A stretch of DNA of 64,000 nucleotides from an uncultured Candidatus Actinomarinales bacterium (GCA_943789065.1 CALSSQ010000001.1:651827-715826), one strand, 5' to 3'; shown: positions 38,511 to 48,631, numbered from the stretch's first letter. Made by a program: numbers and translations. Notes: generated by a model from the sequence alone, not told the origin.

Positions 38511-38532
38511 AGAGCCGACAAAAGTCGGCTCT
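38511..38532 (-). terminator. intrinsic terminator after substrate-binding protein gene
   Basis: AGAGCCGAC-aaaa-GTCGGCTCT, a perfect 9-bp stem. On the minus transcript it is followed by a UUUAUUUAUUU tract. Confidence 0.7.
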
Positions 38533-38555
38533 TTAAATAACTAAGTTAATAAAAA

Positions 38556-39932
38556 TTAACTACATGGACCAGATTCCCAGTCGTATCCACCGGCTGATGG
38601 ACCAACATAGTTTCCTGCCAATAATTTAACTCCACTAGCAATTGTTCCATCTGGAACAGCAATGAAGCTCTCAGCATCTGCTCTGTTTTGTCCAAGTTCT
38701 CTTTGTGGCATCATGCCATCAGAGTCAACATAAACGCTACCAGCAGCTCTTCTTATACCTGCTCTTGTTAGATCTCCACCTTTGTTGGCAGCTTCAAGAA
38801 CACCTTTTAAGTGATGTTGTGAAGACCAACCAGCAACTAAGAATGTATTCGCTGAATCAATTCCCATTGCTGTAAATGTAGCTCTCATAGTTGCATGACC
38901 AGCTGTTTCAGCTTCATACGGTGCAACGAAGGCCATAAGGTACATTGAACCAGAAGTAAATAATGGTGCCAATGCAAAACCTTCTCTAACGAATGCATCA
39001 TTGAAAGATGGTGCAGCCATCATAGATAGTGGTGTCAATCCTTGTTGGAAAGCTCCACCAGCTACTTGTGCCATATGAGTAGGCCCTATTGCTGGAAAGT
39101 ATGCATCTACTGGTTTTGTAACCATTAGACCAACTGCTTGAGCAACGTCAAACTCTGGACTTGGAACAATGTATTCCCAAGCAACAGTAAGACCGTTTGC
39201 TTCTGCAGCAGCTTGTACACCCTTGGCATAATCGCCACCGTAGTCACCAGCGTATCCCATAATTCCAATAGTTTTAACATCTACTGGATAGTTAGCTAAC
39301 GCCCAATCAACTGCATTCATACCATCAGCACAATATGCTGAACCGAATTCAATTACCAATCCTCTATCAACAGACTTATAAGACCAACCTGAGTACCAAC
39401 TCATAGGAGCTGCAATCATGTTGTCTGTGTCCATATTATCAAGGATAAATACTGTTTGTGGCGTACCAAGTGACATAGCTAAAGCTGCAACACTATCGCG
39501 TTGCGCGTTATATCCTTCTAGATGTTTTTGAGGATTGTAACCTGTATCAAAACCTTCAACGATTGCGACACTATAGTCTCCAACTCCACCTGTTTGGTTT
39601 GCCCAGAGCCAAAAAGCTCTTTGGCCTGTTTCTAAAGCAGGTCCAAGGGGACCGTATGGTCCTGTATAATCATTGAGTAAACCAAGATATATACAACCTT
39701 TTGTAGGATCAGCACCTGTTGGTACTCCGCCTATTGCTTCAGGACATGGCTCTGCTGTAACTCCAACACCTGTGTCTACAGTACTGGCAGTGGTAACAGC
39801 TGGAGATTCCAGAGATTCAACAACTTCAGGAGTTGTTTCCTCTACTGTTTCTTCAGCGGCTCCGCCGCAAGCTACTAAGACAAGGGCTAGAACTGTAAAA
39901 AGAATGATTCCCTGCTTACGCAATGGTTTCAT
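38556..39932 (-). CDS. ABC transporter substrate-binding lipoprotein, Liv (branched-chain amino acid/organic acid) family
   Basis: 458 aa. Lipoprotein signal (LVACGG). Periplasmic-binding-protein type I fold features. Last gene of the Liv-type operon. Confidence 0.7.
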   Translation of the reverse strand: MKPLRKQGIILFTVLALVLVACGGAAEETVEETTPEVVESLESPAVTTASTVDTGVGVTAEPCPEAIGGVPTGADPTKGCIYLGLLNDYTGPYGPLGPALETGQRAFWLWANQTGGVGDYSVAIVEGFDTGYNPQKHLEGYNAQRDSVAALAMSLGTPQTVFILDNMDTDNMIAAPMSWYSGWSYKSVDRGLVIEFGSAYCADGMNAVDWALANYPVDVKTIGIMGYAGDYGGDYAKGVQAAAEANGLTVAWEYIVPSPEFDVAQAVGLMVTKPVDAYFPAIGPTHMAQVAGGAFQQGLTPLSMMAAPSFNDAFVREGFALAPLFTSGSMYLMAFVAPYEAETAGHATMRATFTAMGIDSANTFLVAGWSSQHHLKGVLEAANKGGDLTRAGIRRAAGSVYVDSDGMMPQRELGQNRADAESFIAVPDGTIASGVKLLAGNYVGPSAGGYDWESGPCS

Positions 39933-39988
39933 TATTCCCCCTTTTATAATTAGTACTAATAAATTTAGGTTACTAGGTTTTCATCAAG

Positions 39989-41092
39989 TTAGTAGGAAAA
40001 TGGCCAGGCTTTAAAATAATTACGTAACCTAAACCAAATGCCCCATAGGCCTCTGGGTTCAAAAATTAAGAAAAGAATGATGAATAAACCAAACAATAGT
40101 CTTTCAAGCTGACCAAGATTTAAAGGTAGTGATTGTTCTCCAATCTCAAAAGTATGAAGTAACAACTGTATCAAAGCAGGAAATAAGGTATAAAACAGAG
40201 CCCCGAATAAAGGTCCCAGTACTGTTCCTGCCCCGCCAATAACCACTATTGCTACAAAAGTAATAGAGTACAAAAGACTAAAAGTACCTGGTTCAACTCC
40301 TCCAGAGACTGTAAAAAAGAGTGCCCCACTTATACCACCATAAAAACTTGATAAAGCGAATGCTGATGCTTTATATCTAAACAGATTAATACCCAGTGCC
40401 TCTGCAGCAATATCTCCGTCACGAATTGCGGAGTAAGCTCTGCCAGCTCTTGATCTGACTAGATTTTTAAAACCTAAACCAGCAAGAACACATGTAAGTA
40501 GACAGAACAGATAAAGAATTTGGTTTTTTTGTAAATAAAAAGTTCCAATTTCAATTCCTTTTTCTAGATTGACACCAAATAGTTTTAGAGTTGCTACCTT
40601 TCGTCCTAGACCTGCTCCACCAGTAACAGATTTAAAGTTTGAAAATAAATGAGAGCCTATAAATACTAGGGCAAGTGTTACTAAAGCAAGATTAAGACCT
40701 TTTAGCTTGACGGTAATTGGGGCAATTAATAAACCAACGATGGCAGCAGCTACACCAGCTAATGGTAACCAAAAAATCATATCTAAATCGAAACCAACTA
40801 CACTCGAAGTAGAAATTCCCCCGATTACAGCAGAAGCATAAGTTCCAACTCCAATGAATACTCCGTGTGCGAGGTTAATTTGACCCGCTAATCCTGAGAC
40901 AATATTCAAACCCCAACCAGCAATAGCTATCAAAAAAGAAGTCGTTAAAAGAAGTATCCAGTAATCGCTTGCTAGAAAACAAAAAGCAACAGACAAAATG
41001 ACTAATAATCCAAACCAACTTTTTTGTGTATTATTAGAGAATATGGATGATTCCTTTTGGTAGTCAATATAAAGATTTGGCCTACCTCTCAT
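39989..41092 (-). CDS. ABC transporter permease, LivM-like
   Basis: 367 aa polytopic membrane protein. LivM-type conserved motifs. Confidence 0.8.
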   Translation of the reverse strand: MRGRPNLYIDYQKESSIFSNNTQKSWFGLLVILSVAFCFLASDYWILLLTTSFLIAIAGWGLNIVSGLAGQINLAHGVFIGVGTYASAVIGGISTSSVVGFDLDMIFWLPLAGVAAAIVGLLIAPITVKLKGLNLALVTLALVFIGSHLFSNFKSVTGGAGLGRKVATLKLFGVNLEKGIEIGTFYLQKNQILYLFCLLTCVLAGLGFKNLVRSRAGRAYSAIRDGDIAAEALGINLFRYKASAFALSSFYGGISGALFFTVSGGVEPGTFSLLYSITFVAIVVIGGAGTVLGPLFGALFYTLFPALIQLLLHTFEIGEQSLPLNLGQLERLLFGLFIILFLIFEPRGLWGIWFRLRNYFKAWPFSY

Positions 41093-42009
41093 ACTCTTTC
41101 AACCTCCTCAGTACCAAATAATCCATCAGGTTTAAAAATTAAAATTACAAACATAATCAGATATGGAGCAACTACAGAAAAACCATTTCCAAATGAAAAG
41201 CCAATGAGACTTTCAAAGCTTAGCTGATAGTAGGCCACATATCCCTGAGTTAGACCGATGATGATTGATCCAACTACTGCTCCAGGTATTGAATCTAAGC
41301 CTCCAATTACTACTGCTGGCAATGCTCTTAATGCTGATATGAAACTAAATTGTGATAAGGTATTGAATCCTCCGGTGATGAAAAAACCAGCAAAGGCGGC
41401 TAATATTCCCGCTATCATCCAAACAAGACCAAATATTCTACCAACATTAATCCCTTGAGCCATTGCTGCTTCTTGATCATAGGAAGTTGCTCTCATTGCA
41501 ATTCCATATTTTGACTTTCTGAAGAAAATTGTTAAAAGGATAATCAACAATATTGCTGTGACAAGTGCTGCCAACTCAAGATATTTAATATTGACACCTC
41601 CAAGTTTTACTGCGCCAAAATTTCCATAGCTAGGAAATGGGTCACCCATGTATTTTGGATTTATGCCAATCCAACTATCAAGAACAGTTCTCAATAAAAT
41701 ATCAATTCCAATAGTTAGAACTGCAACAGAAAAAACAGGTTCACCCACCATAGGTCTTAAGAAGGTTCTTTCTATAAGTAGTCCCAAAATTCCAGTTAAA
41801 ATAACCCCTAAAAATAATGCTAGCCAAAACGGGATACCTCTATCTATAGCTAATGAACTAATGATCCCCGCTCCTACTACTGCAAGTGCTGGTTGAGCAA
41901 AACTTAAAACTTCCATTGCTTTGTAAATCAATACAAAGCCTATAGCAACTAGTGAATAAATAGCTGCTAACGATAGCCCCTCAACTGTAGCTTGTAGAAA
42001 GATAATCAA
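41089..42009 (-). CDS. ABC transporter permease, LivH-like
   Basis: 306 aa. LivH-type motifs. 4-nt overlaps on both sides. Confidence 0.8.
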   Translation of the reverse strand: MIIFLQATVEGLSLAAIYSLVAIGFVLIYKAMEVLSFAQPALAVVGAGIISSLAIDRGIPFWLALFLGVILTGILGLLIERTFLRPMVGEPVFSVAVLTIGIDILLRTVLDSWIGINPKYMGDPFPSYGNFGAVKLGGVNIKYLELAALVTAILLIILLTIFFRKSKYGIAMRATSYDQEAAMAQGINVGRIFGLVWMIAGILAAFAGFFITGGFNTLSQFSFISALRALPAVVIGGLDSIPGAVVGSIIIGLTQGYVAYYQLSFESLIGFSFGNGFSVVAPYLIMFVILIFKPDGLFGTEEVERV

Positions 42010-43856
42010 CTGTACATCTCCTCTATTAGGTCACTAAACTTCTCCATTAAAACATTTCTTTTAATTTTTTGAGTAGCTGTCATCTCTCCATCTTCATGGT
42101 CGAGTTCTTTAGGAATCATTTGAAATTTTCTAATTTCTAAGGAAGAGGTTTCGGCATTTGCCTTAAGTATTTCACTCCACACAAGATCTTTTACTTCTTT
42201 TTTTTCAGACAAATCTCTATAAGTAGTGTGAGGAATATTTTTACGAAGAGCCCAATTGGATACAGTCTCAAACTCTATTGCGATTAAAACTGATAAGAAT
42301 TTTCGTTTATCCCCAATTACAAGTGCATCTTTAATAAAAGGTGATATCTTTATCTTATTTTCAATTTCTTGTGGGGAAACATTCTTTCCACCACTTGTAA
42401 TTATGATGTCTTTTTTTCTGTCAACAATTTTAAGAAACTCACCATCAAAAACACCTACATCACCTGTATACAGCCAACCTTCTTCATCTATACATTCTTT
42501 TGTAGCAGCTTCATCTTTAAAGTAACCCTTAAAGACTGCTGGTGATTTTACTAAAATTTCACCATCATCAGCTAGCTTTATCTCTACTCCATGATTAGGA
42601 ACTCCTACTGTTCCTAATTTCATCTTTTTATCATTATTACCCGAAGCATATGCGCAGTTTTCCGTCATACCATAACCTTCAAAAATTGGAACACCAAGCG
42701 CTAAGAAAAATTTAAGTATTTCGGGAGCAATAGGTGCTGCACCAGAAATAGCTGTTTCTGCTTTACTAAGGCCTAACTTTTTCTTTAAAGTTCTAAATGC
42801 AAGTAACCATCCAATTCCAATATAAATTTGTGCGACTTTATCATTAAAACCTTTTTCAATTTTACGTTCAGCACCTAAATTCCCAAAGTACATTGAAATT
42901 TGAAATAATTGTTTTTTAAGAAAGGTAGCATCTTTCATTCGTACTATTGCACCAGCATGCATCCTTTCAAGAATTCTTGGAACTGCTGGAAAAATTGTTG
43001 GCTGTATTTCTACTAAATCCATTTGAACTGTATCAATTGACTCTGCAAAATTAATTGTCGCGTGAGTATGAGTAGCAATTAATAAGTCTGTAAGTCTCCC
43101 AAATATGTGGCATAAGGGCAGATAGGATAAGAATTGAGGATTAGTTGCGGTAACTGACTCTACTAATGAGAAGTTTGGGATTTGAGAGCCAACCCATTTA
43201 ATATTTCCATGTGAAATCATAGAACCTTTTGGTGGACCTGTGGTTCCTGATGTGTACACCAAAAAAGCAATGTCTTCATCTTCTATGGCATCTAAATGTT
43301 CATCTACACAAGTTGGATGGGAGTTATATTCAGTTTTACCAATTTCTAGAAACTCAGCAAATTTCATTAACTTTGGATGGTCATAGTTATAGAGACCTCT
43401 TTCCTCAAAATAAATTATTTTTTCTAATCCAGGTAAATCATCGATAACTTCAAGTGCTTTATCAACTTGTTCTTGATCTTCTGCGAATAATATTTTAGAT
43501 TCAGAATGCGAAAGTAAATACTGTACTTCTGATGATGGATTTGAAGGATACAAGCCAACGCTTACGTAGCCCATTGACTGAATTCCGATATCTGCAATAA
43601 ACCATTCTGGTCTATTTTCAGAGTGAATTGCTACTGAATTTCCCTTCTCAACTCCAAAGTGTCTAAGTGCCATACCTAAGTAGTTTGACTTAAGCCAAAA
43701 GTCTTCATAAGTAGTTTCCTGCCATAATCCAAATTCTTTATATCTCATTGCAATCATATCTGGAAATCTTTGAGCCGTTTCTCTTACTTTTTTAGATGGA
43801 GTCTCTCCCCCATCCCTCAAGATTTCTTGATAAATTTGATCCATGGATAATGCCAT
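42006..43856 (-). CDS. long-chain-fatty-acid--CoA ligase / AMP-dependent synthetase embedded in the ABC operon
   Basis: 616 aa. YTSGTTGPPKG AMP-binding motif. ITSGGKNVSPQEIE. FACL-type C-terminal domain. Confidence 0.85.
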   Translation of the reverse strand: MALSMDQIYQEILRDGGETPSKKVRETAQRFPDMIAMRYKEFGLWQETTYEDFWLKSNYLGMALRHFGVEKGNSVAIHSENRPEWFIADIGIQSMGYVSVGLYPSNPSSEVQYLLSHSESKILFAEDQEQVDKALEVIDDLPGLEKIIYFEERGLYNYDHPKLMKFAEFLEIGKTEYNSHPTCVDEHLDAIEDEDIAFLVYTSGTTGPPKGSMISHGNIKWVGSQIPNFSLVESVTATNPQFLSYLPLCHIFGRLTDLLIATHTHATINFAESIDTVQMDLVEIQPTIFPAVPRILERMHAGAIVRMKDATFLKKQLFQISMYFGNLGAERKIEKGFNDKVAQIYIGIGWLLAFRTLKKKLGLSKAETAISGAAPIAPEILKFFLALGVPIFEGYGMTENCAYASGNNDKKMKLGTVGVPNHGVEIKLADDGEILVKSPAVFKGYFKDEAATKECIDEEGWLYTGDVGVFDGEFLKIVDRKKDIIITSGGKNVSPQEIENKIKISPFIKDALVIGDKRKFLSVLIAIEFETVSNWALRKNIPHTTYRDLSEKKEVKDLVWSEILKANAETSSLEIRKFQMIPKELDHEDGEMTATQKIKRNVLMEKFSDLIEEMYS

Positions 43857-43858
43857 AA

Positions 43859-44629
43859 CTAACTCACTCCCAAATATGCATCAATAACTTTTTTATCTTT
43901 AACAATTTCATTTGGAACACCTTCAGCTAATTTTTCTCCAAAATTTAATACCATGACCTCTTCTGCAATATCCATAATCATGTTCATATCGTGATCAACC
44001 ATAATTATGGTCTTTTTCATTTCTTCATGTATGTCAATAATAAATCTTGCGATATCTTCAGTTTCCTCATTATTCATTCCTGCAGCAGGCTCATCAAGTA
44101 AAAGTAAGTCAGGATTCATTGCAAGTGCCCTTCCCAATTCAACTCTTTTTTGAACACCATAAGGTAATGACATGATATAAGAGTATCTAAATTGTTCTAT
44201 TTCAAGAAAATCGATAATTTCTTCAGCATTTTTTCTTGCCTCAATTTCATTTTTCTTAACCTTTTTACTAAATAGCAAACTTGATACGGGTCCATAATTT
44301 AATTGTCTGTGGCATCCAATTAGAATATTGTCTAGTACAGTCATATTTTCAAATAATTCTATATTCTGAAAAGTTCTTGCGATCCCTAGTGAAGCAACTT
44401 CATCTGGTCTTAGTTCATTAATGTTATTATCTCCATATTTTACTGTGCCGGTGGTTGGTCTATATATGCCACTTATGCAGTTGAATATTGAGGTTTTACC
44501 GGCACCATTTGGACCTATTATTGAATATAGCTTTTTTGGCTTGACCTCAAAACTTATCTCATTCAATGCTGTAATACCACCAAATTTTAATGTCACATTC
44601 TCAAACTTTAAAGATTCTATGACAACCAC
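43859..44629 (-). CDS. ABC transporter ATP-binding protein, LivG-like
   Basis: 256 aa. Walker A GPNGAGKTS. LLLDEPAAGMN. LivG-type insertion. Confidence 0.85.
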   Translation of the reverse strand: MVVIESLKFENVTLKFGGITALNEISFEVKPKKLYSIIGPNGAGKTSIFNCISGIYRPTTGTVKYGDNNINELRPDEVASLGIARTFQNIELFENMTVLDNILIGCHRQLNYGPVSSLLFSKKVKKNEIEARKNAEEIIDFLEIEQFRYSYIMSLPYGVQKRVELGRALAMNPDLLLLDEPAAGMNNEETEDIARFIIDIHEEMKKTIIMVDHDMNMIMDIAEEVMVLNFGEKLAEGVPNEIVKDKKVIDAYLGVS

Positions 44630-45405
44630 CTTTTCTTTCTCTTGTAGTGCTTTACGTCTTTGAAAGATTTTCTTTTTGTTCCCTCAGCATTCAAACCTAA
44701 ATAAAACTCTCTTACATCCTCATCATTAAGCAACATATTGCTTTTATTGTCCATTACGACATTGCCCGTTTCCATAATATAACCATGATCGGAAATATTA
44801 AGGGCCATATTTGCATTCTGTTCGACAAGTAGAACTGTTACCCCTTGAGAGTTTATTTCTTGAATCAATTCTGCAACCTCATCGACGAGTTTTGGAGCTA
44901 AGCCGAGACTTGGCTCATCTAAGAGAAGATAGCTCGGATCAGACATTAACGCTCGTCCAATTGCCAACATTTGCTGCTCTCCCCCAGAAAGGTAGCCAGC
45001 TTTCCCTTTTGATCTCTCTTTAAGGATTGGAAACAGATCTAGAACTTTATCGATATTATCTTTAATGTCATTACTATTTGTATGTCCACCAAGTCTTAAG
45101 TTTTCAATAACAGTTAGCTCAGAAAAGATTCTTCTTCCCTCAAGAACCTGTGCTATACCTTTTTCAACAATTTTTGAGGGATCTAAGTTTGTAATGTCCT
45201 CTCCGTCTACTGAAATTGATCCCTTTGTTATATCACCATTTTGAACATCTAAAAGACCAGTAATTGATCGAATGACTGTAGTTTTACCTGCGCCATTGCT
45301 GCCGAGTAATGCAACAATTTCTCCTTTTTTAATCTCTAAAGAAACTCCTCTTAAGACGAGGATTACATCTTGGTAAACTACTTCTAGGTTTTCAATAGCT
45401 AACAT
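44617..45405 (-). CDS. ABC transporter ATP-binding protein, LivF-like
   Basis: Preferred start MLAIENLEVVYQ at 45405. Walker A GSNGAGKTT. LSGGEQQML. LLLDEPSLGLAP. The track ORF is extended upstream to 45480. Confidence 0.85.
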   Translation of the reverse strand: MLAIENLEVVYQDVILVLRGVSLEIKKGEIVALLGSNGAGKTTVIRSITGLLDVQNGDITKGSISVDGEDITNLDPSKIVEKGIAQVLEGRRIFSELTVIENLRLGGHTNSNDIKDNIDKVLDLFPILKERSKGKAGYLSGGEQQMLAIGRALMSDPSYLLLDEPSLGLAPKLVDEVAELIQEINSQGVTVLLVEQNANMALNISDHGYIMETGNVVMDNKSNMLLNDEDVREFYLGLNAEGTKRKSFKDVKHYKRKKRWLS

Positions 45406-45433
45406 GTACCTTATTACTTTAACTGATGATTTA

Positions 45434-45450
45434 TTGAATTCACAATTCAA
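45434..45450. promoter_or_regulatory. perfect palindrome TTGAATT-cac-AATTCAA, 29-45 nt upstream of the first gene of the Liv-type operon
   Basis: 7-bp inverted repeat with 3-nt spacer in the 158-bp divergent region between the livF-like gene and htrA. Candidate operator, possibly overlapping a -35 element. Confidence 0.35.
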
Positions 45451-45563
45451 ATTAAAGATGAATAAAAAAACAGAAACCAAATATCTATGATTTAGTCATG
45501 ACATCAAATTTCAAAATAATCTCCTTTCTGCATAAATATCATTACATTTGAACTACATATAAG

Positions 45564-46781
45564 ATGGTGTATATGGATAATGAAAATTTCGAGCAACAAG
45601 AATTATTTAAGCAAGAAAAGTATATTTCTGATTTACTAGAGCAAAAAACTCCAAAAAATAAATCTTCACTAAACACAATTTTTGGAAGCTCAATACTTAC
45701 AAGCATCATTGTTTTATCTTTTCTCTATGTTTACGGAATATTTGATGAAAATGAAATTATCATTCCTGACCCAGTAACTATCACCGAAACGGTTACTGAA
45801 ACAGAAGTGATCATGCCAAGAATTGATTCAACTGAAATTGTTTCAATTGCTGAAATTGCTACAAAAACTATAGTTCAAATTCAAGTAGGGCAAGTTAACG
45901 AAAATGATGAATTCATTTCTTTAGGTGGTGGTTCTGGAGTAGTTATATCGGCAGAGGGGTTAATCATAACAAATCATCATGTAATTGATGAGGCTTCTTC
46001 TGTTAGGGTTATTTTTGAAGATGGAAGGATGTATAAAGCTGAAATTATCGGTTCAGATAAACTTACTGACATTGGTTTAGTCAAAATTGAATCAAGTAGC
46101 TTAACACCAATTGTTATTGGAAACAGTGACATACTACTTGTTGGAGATTTGGCAGTAGCTATTGGTCATCCACTTACGCTAGGAGCAGCCCCAACTGTTA
46201 CTACTGGTATCGTTTCCGCATTAGAGAGAAGACTCGATGTTGGTGGACAGGACATGAACTCGTCGGTTACTTTATTTGGACTCATACAAACTGATGCACC
46301 TATAACTAGAGGATCAAGTGGTGGGGCTCTTTTAAATCAAAGAGGTGAATTAATTGGTATTACTACTGCTATCGCTACCGCTGATGTCGGCGCCGAGGGT
46401 CTCGGATTTGCAGTGCCAATAAATTTAGCCTTAAACATAAGCCAGGACTTAATTGATGATGGAAAAGTTTATCATTCATTCCTTGGAATTTTAGGCGCAC
46501 AACACTTTGAAGTAGCTGAAGATGGAGCAAGAATTTTCTCAGGAGTCGAAATCCAGGAATTGTACGGACCAGCTAACGATATATATGCAATTGGTAAAGC
46601 TGGGGCATTACCTGGTGATATTATTAAAAAAGTTAATGGAAAAAATATTAAAACCTTAGATGGATTGATAAGTTTTTTGAGGGGCAAAAAAGCTGGAGAT
46701 GAAATTTCTATTGAAATAATTAGAAATGGCCAAACCATAACTTTGGAATTCTTATTAGACCTAAGACCATCTGATGTCTAA
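45564..46781 (+). CDS. htrA: HtrA/DegP-family trypsin-like serine protease with C-terminal PDZ, membrane-anchored
   Basis: 405 aa. TNHHV (His), GSSGGAL (Ser) catalytic motifs. PDZ domain. N-terminal TM. Confidence 0.8.
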   Translation: MVYMDNENFEQQELFKQEKYISDLLEQKTPKNKSSLNTIFGSSILTSIIVLSFLYVYGIFDENEIIIPDPVTITETVTETEVIMPRIDSTEIVSIAEIATKTIVQIQVGQVNENDEFISLGGGSGVVISAEGLIITNHHVIDEASSVRVIFEDGRMYKAEIIGSDKLTDIGLVKIESSSLTPIVIGNSDILLVGDLAVAIGHPLTLGAAPTVTTGIVSALERRLDVGGQDMNSSVTLFGLIQTDAPITRGSSGGALLNQRGELIGITTAIATADVGAEGLGFAVPINLALNISQDLIDDGKVYHSFLGILGAQHFEVAEDGARIFSGVEIQELYGPANDIYAIGKAGALPGDIIKKVNGKNIKTLDGLISFLRGKKAGDEISIEIIRNGQTITLEFLLDLRPSDV

Positions 46782-47821
46782 TGTCTGAGGATATTTTCTC
46801 TCAATTCTTTAATCTGTTTAATAACAATGACTCAGATGTTAATTGGGAGCTTTCAAAACAAATTAACAAACATTTAAACAAAGATAGTTCGGAAGAAATT
46901 CTTGAACTCTCTAATGATCAACTAGATTTGAATGAAATCTTTAGGTTCTTAGAGTTAAATATTCATAATGTAGGTAATTTTGATTCAGAGCAAACAAGTA
47001 TTCAAATACTTGAGCCAAGTCTTTATGGTGAATGGTTCTTGAACTCAATACAACATTTTGACTTTTCAAAATTTAGTATTGGTGACCTTCCTGGAGGACT
47101 ACAAATAGGAAACATCCAATCTTCCATAATTGGTATGCAACTAGGTAACTTGGCTGGAATGATCAGTAAGAATATGTGGGGACTTAGCCAGTTTGGAATT
47201 ATTCTTCCACAATCAGACATTCTCGCTATTAATAAAAATAAATATTTTGAACGAATAGAACAATTTGAAACCGATATAAATGAACTTGCTCTATCACTGC
47301 TAACCTTGGAAGTTGTCGCATTAAGTCTTGGTAAATATACCTCCCCTTTTGAAAAAATAATTGAGAATCTTGAAAAAGCAAGTAAAGAGATGATGGAAGG
47401 ATTTAAAGACTTAGATCTAGATCCATCAAAGATGGCAAACCCTGAGGATATGTTGCAAAATTTCTCAGGACTTGAAGGATTTGACTCTTCAAAAATAATT
47501 GAAGAGATTGTTGCACCGCTTAGTTTTTATAGGGGTGTCATAAAATCAAAAGCTAAAAGTTTGAATTTAATTCAAGACAATGCAACATATGACCTTCTGA
47601 TGGATCTGAGTTTTACATTTGGTGAGAGTCCTCTTGGTGAAATTGAAAAAAGTATAGATGAGCTAGACGAATCAACATCACTTTTCTTTGATTTCCTAAT
47701 ATCGTCTAATAGTCAATACTCAATTGATGACATGCTTTTGGATAAGGACTTAATACCAAGCAGGAGTGAGATTGAAGACCCAATCTCTTGGGCTGCAAGA
47801 ACTTCTTTACCGCCTATTTAA
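46781..47821 (+). CDS. hypothetical protein, overlaps htrA stop by 1 nt
   Basis: 346 aa. Acidic. No confidently recognisable motif. Confidence 0.4.
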   Translation: MSEDIFSQFFNLFNNNDSDVNWELSKQINKHLNKDSSEEILELSNDQLDLNEIFRFLELNIHNVGNFDSEQTSIQILEPSLYGEWFLNSIQHFDFSKFSIGDLPGGLQIGNIQSSIIGMQLGNLAGMISKNMWGLSQFGIILPQSDILAINKNKYFERIEQFETDINELALSLLTLEVVALSLGKYTSPFEKIIENLEKASKEMMEGFKDLDLDPSKMANPEDMLQNFSGLEGFDSSKIIEEIVAPLSFYRGVIKSKAKSLNLIQDNATYDLLMDLSFTFGESPLGEIEKSIDELDESTSLFFDFLISSNSQYSIDDMLLDKDLIPSRSEIEDPISWAARTSLPPI

Positions 47822-47845
47822 AAAAAGTTACTAAAGTGTAGAAAA

Positions 47846-47851
47846 AAGGAG
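47846..47851 (+). promoter_or_regulatory. Shine-Dalgarno AAGGAG, 6 nt upstream of the peroxiredoxin ATG
   Basis: gaaaaaAGGAGaaacaaATG. One of few strong SDs in the window. Confidence 0.5.
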
Positions 47852-47857
47852 AAACAA

Positions 47858-48313
47858 ATGAGCTTACAAGTTGGAGATACTATACCTGAATTTAAATTAT
47901 ACAATTACGATAAAAATGCCTATGAAGATAAAGATTTTTTAGGTAAGAAAACAATGTTTGTTTTCCTTCCCTTTCCATTCAGCAGTGTCTGTGACAAAGA
48001 AATGTGTGAACTCAGAGATAATAAAGCATCTTTAGAAGAAAATGGAACTGATACGGTTTTAATCACAGTAGGTGCAAGTCCAACAAATAGTGCATGGGCT
48101 GCACATTATGGTATTGAGTTTCCAATACTTGCAGATTTTTGGCCTCATGGAGCAGTGTCACAAAAATTTGGTTGCTTCCATGAAAAAGCTGGTATTTCTT
48201 TAAGGTACTCTTACATAACTGATGAAAATAATGTAATCACTGAAATAATCAAAAGTGATGAAATTGGTGTTGAGAGAGACTTTAGTGAATATAAAGAAAG
48301 TTTTGGCTTTTAA
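47858..48313 (+). CDS. AhpE-like 1-Cys peroxiredoxin (AhpC/TSA family)
   Basis: 151 aa. FLPFPFSSVCDKEMC peroxidatic Cys. DFWPHGAVSQ matches mycobacterial AhpE. Confidence 0.8.
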   Translation: MSLQVGDTIPEFKLYNYDKNAYEDKDFLGKKTMFVFLPFPFSSVCDKEMCELRDNKASLEENGTDTVLITVGASPTNSAWAAHYGIEFPILADFWPHGAVSQKFGCFHEKAGISLRYSYITDENNVITEIIKSDEIGVERDFSEYKESFGF

Positions 48314-48591
48314 CTAACTTCCCTAATATCAAAACTTTGTACTCTCTGTCTTTTGATACGTCTACGTTCTCTTTCAGAGAGTCCGCCCCATATACCAAAC
48401 TTTTCAGATTGCTCTATGGCAAATTCTAGGCAATCTTCCTGGACGTTGCAGGCTCTACAAATAGACTTGGCTTTTCTTGTTGAAGCACCTCTCTCGGGGA
48501 AAAATATATCGGCGTCTGCACCCTTACAGTTTGCTTCCTCAGTCCATGAAGGCATTCCTCCAATTAGATCTTCCATTTTTGAATTTTCCAC
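48310..48591 (-). CDS. whiB: WhiB-family (Wbl) Fe-S transcriptional regulator
   Basis: C-x21-C-x2-C-x5-C (CKGADA...CRACNVQEDC). GIWGGLSERERRR C-terminal motif. True start may be an internal Met. Confidence 0.85.
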   Translation of the reverse strand: MENSKMEDLIGGMPSWTEEANCKGADADIFFPERGASTRKAKSICRACNVQEDCLEFAIEQSEKFGIWGGLSERERRRIKRQRVQSFDIREVS

Positions 48592-48615
48592 CCTTGCTCC
48601 TTATATAGAAAACTA

Positions 48616-48631
48616 AATTACATGTGTGTAA
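48616..48631. promoter_or_regulatory. palindrome ATTACA-tgtg-TGTAAT nested between TATATAG/CTATATA arms, in the whiB-sdhC divergent region
   Basis: Perfect 6-bp inverted repeat with 4-nt spacer. Outer arms at 48601-48607 and 48632-48638. Candidate operator. Confidence 0.3.

Noticed and set aside
45406-45480. 25-codon N-terminal extension of the LivF-like ATPase ORF (MVSVFLFIFNLNCEF...)
   Set aside because: ABC ATPases of this family start directly at the MLAIENLEV-like strand. The extension is hydrophobic junk covering the promoter/palindrome region.
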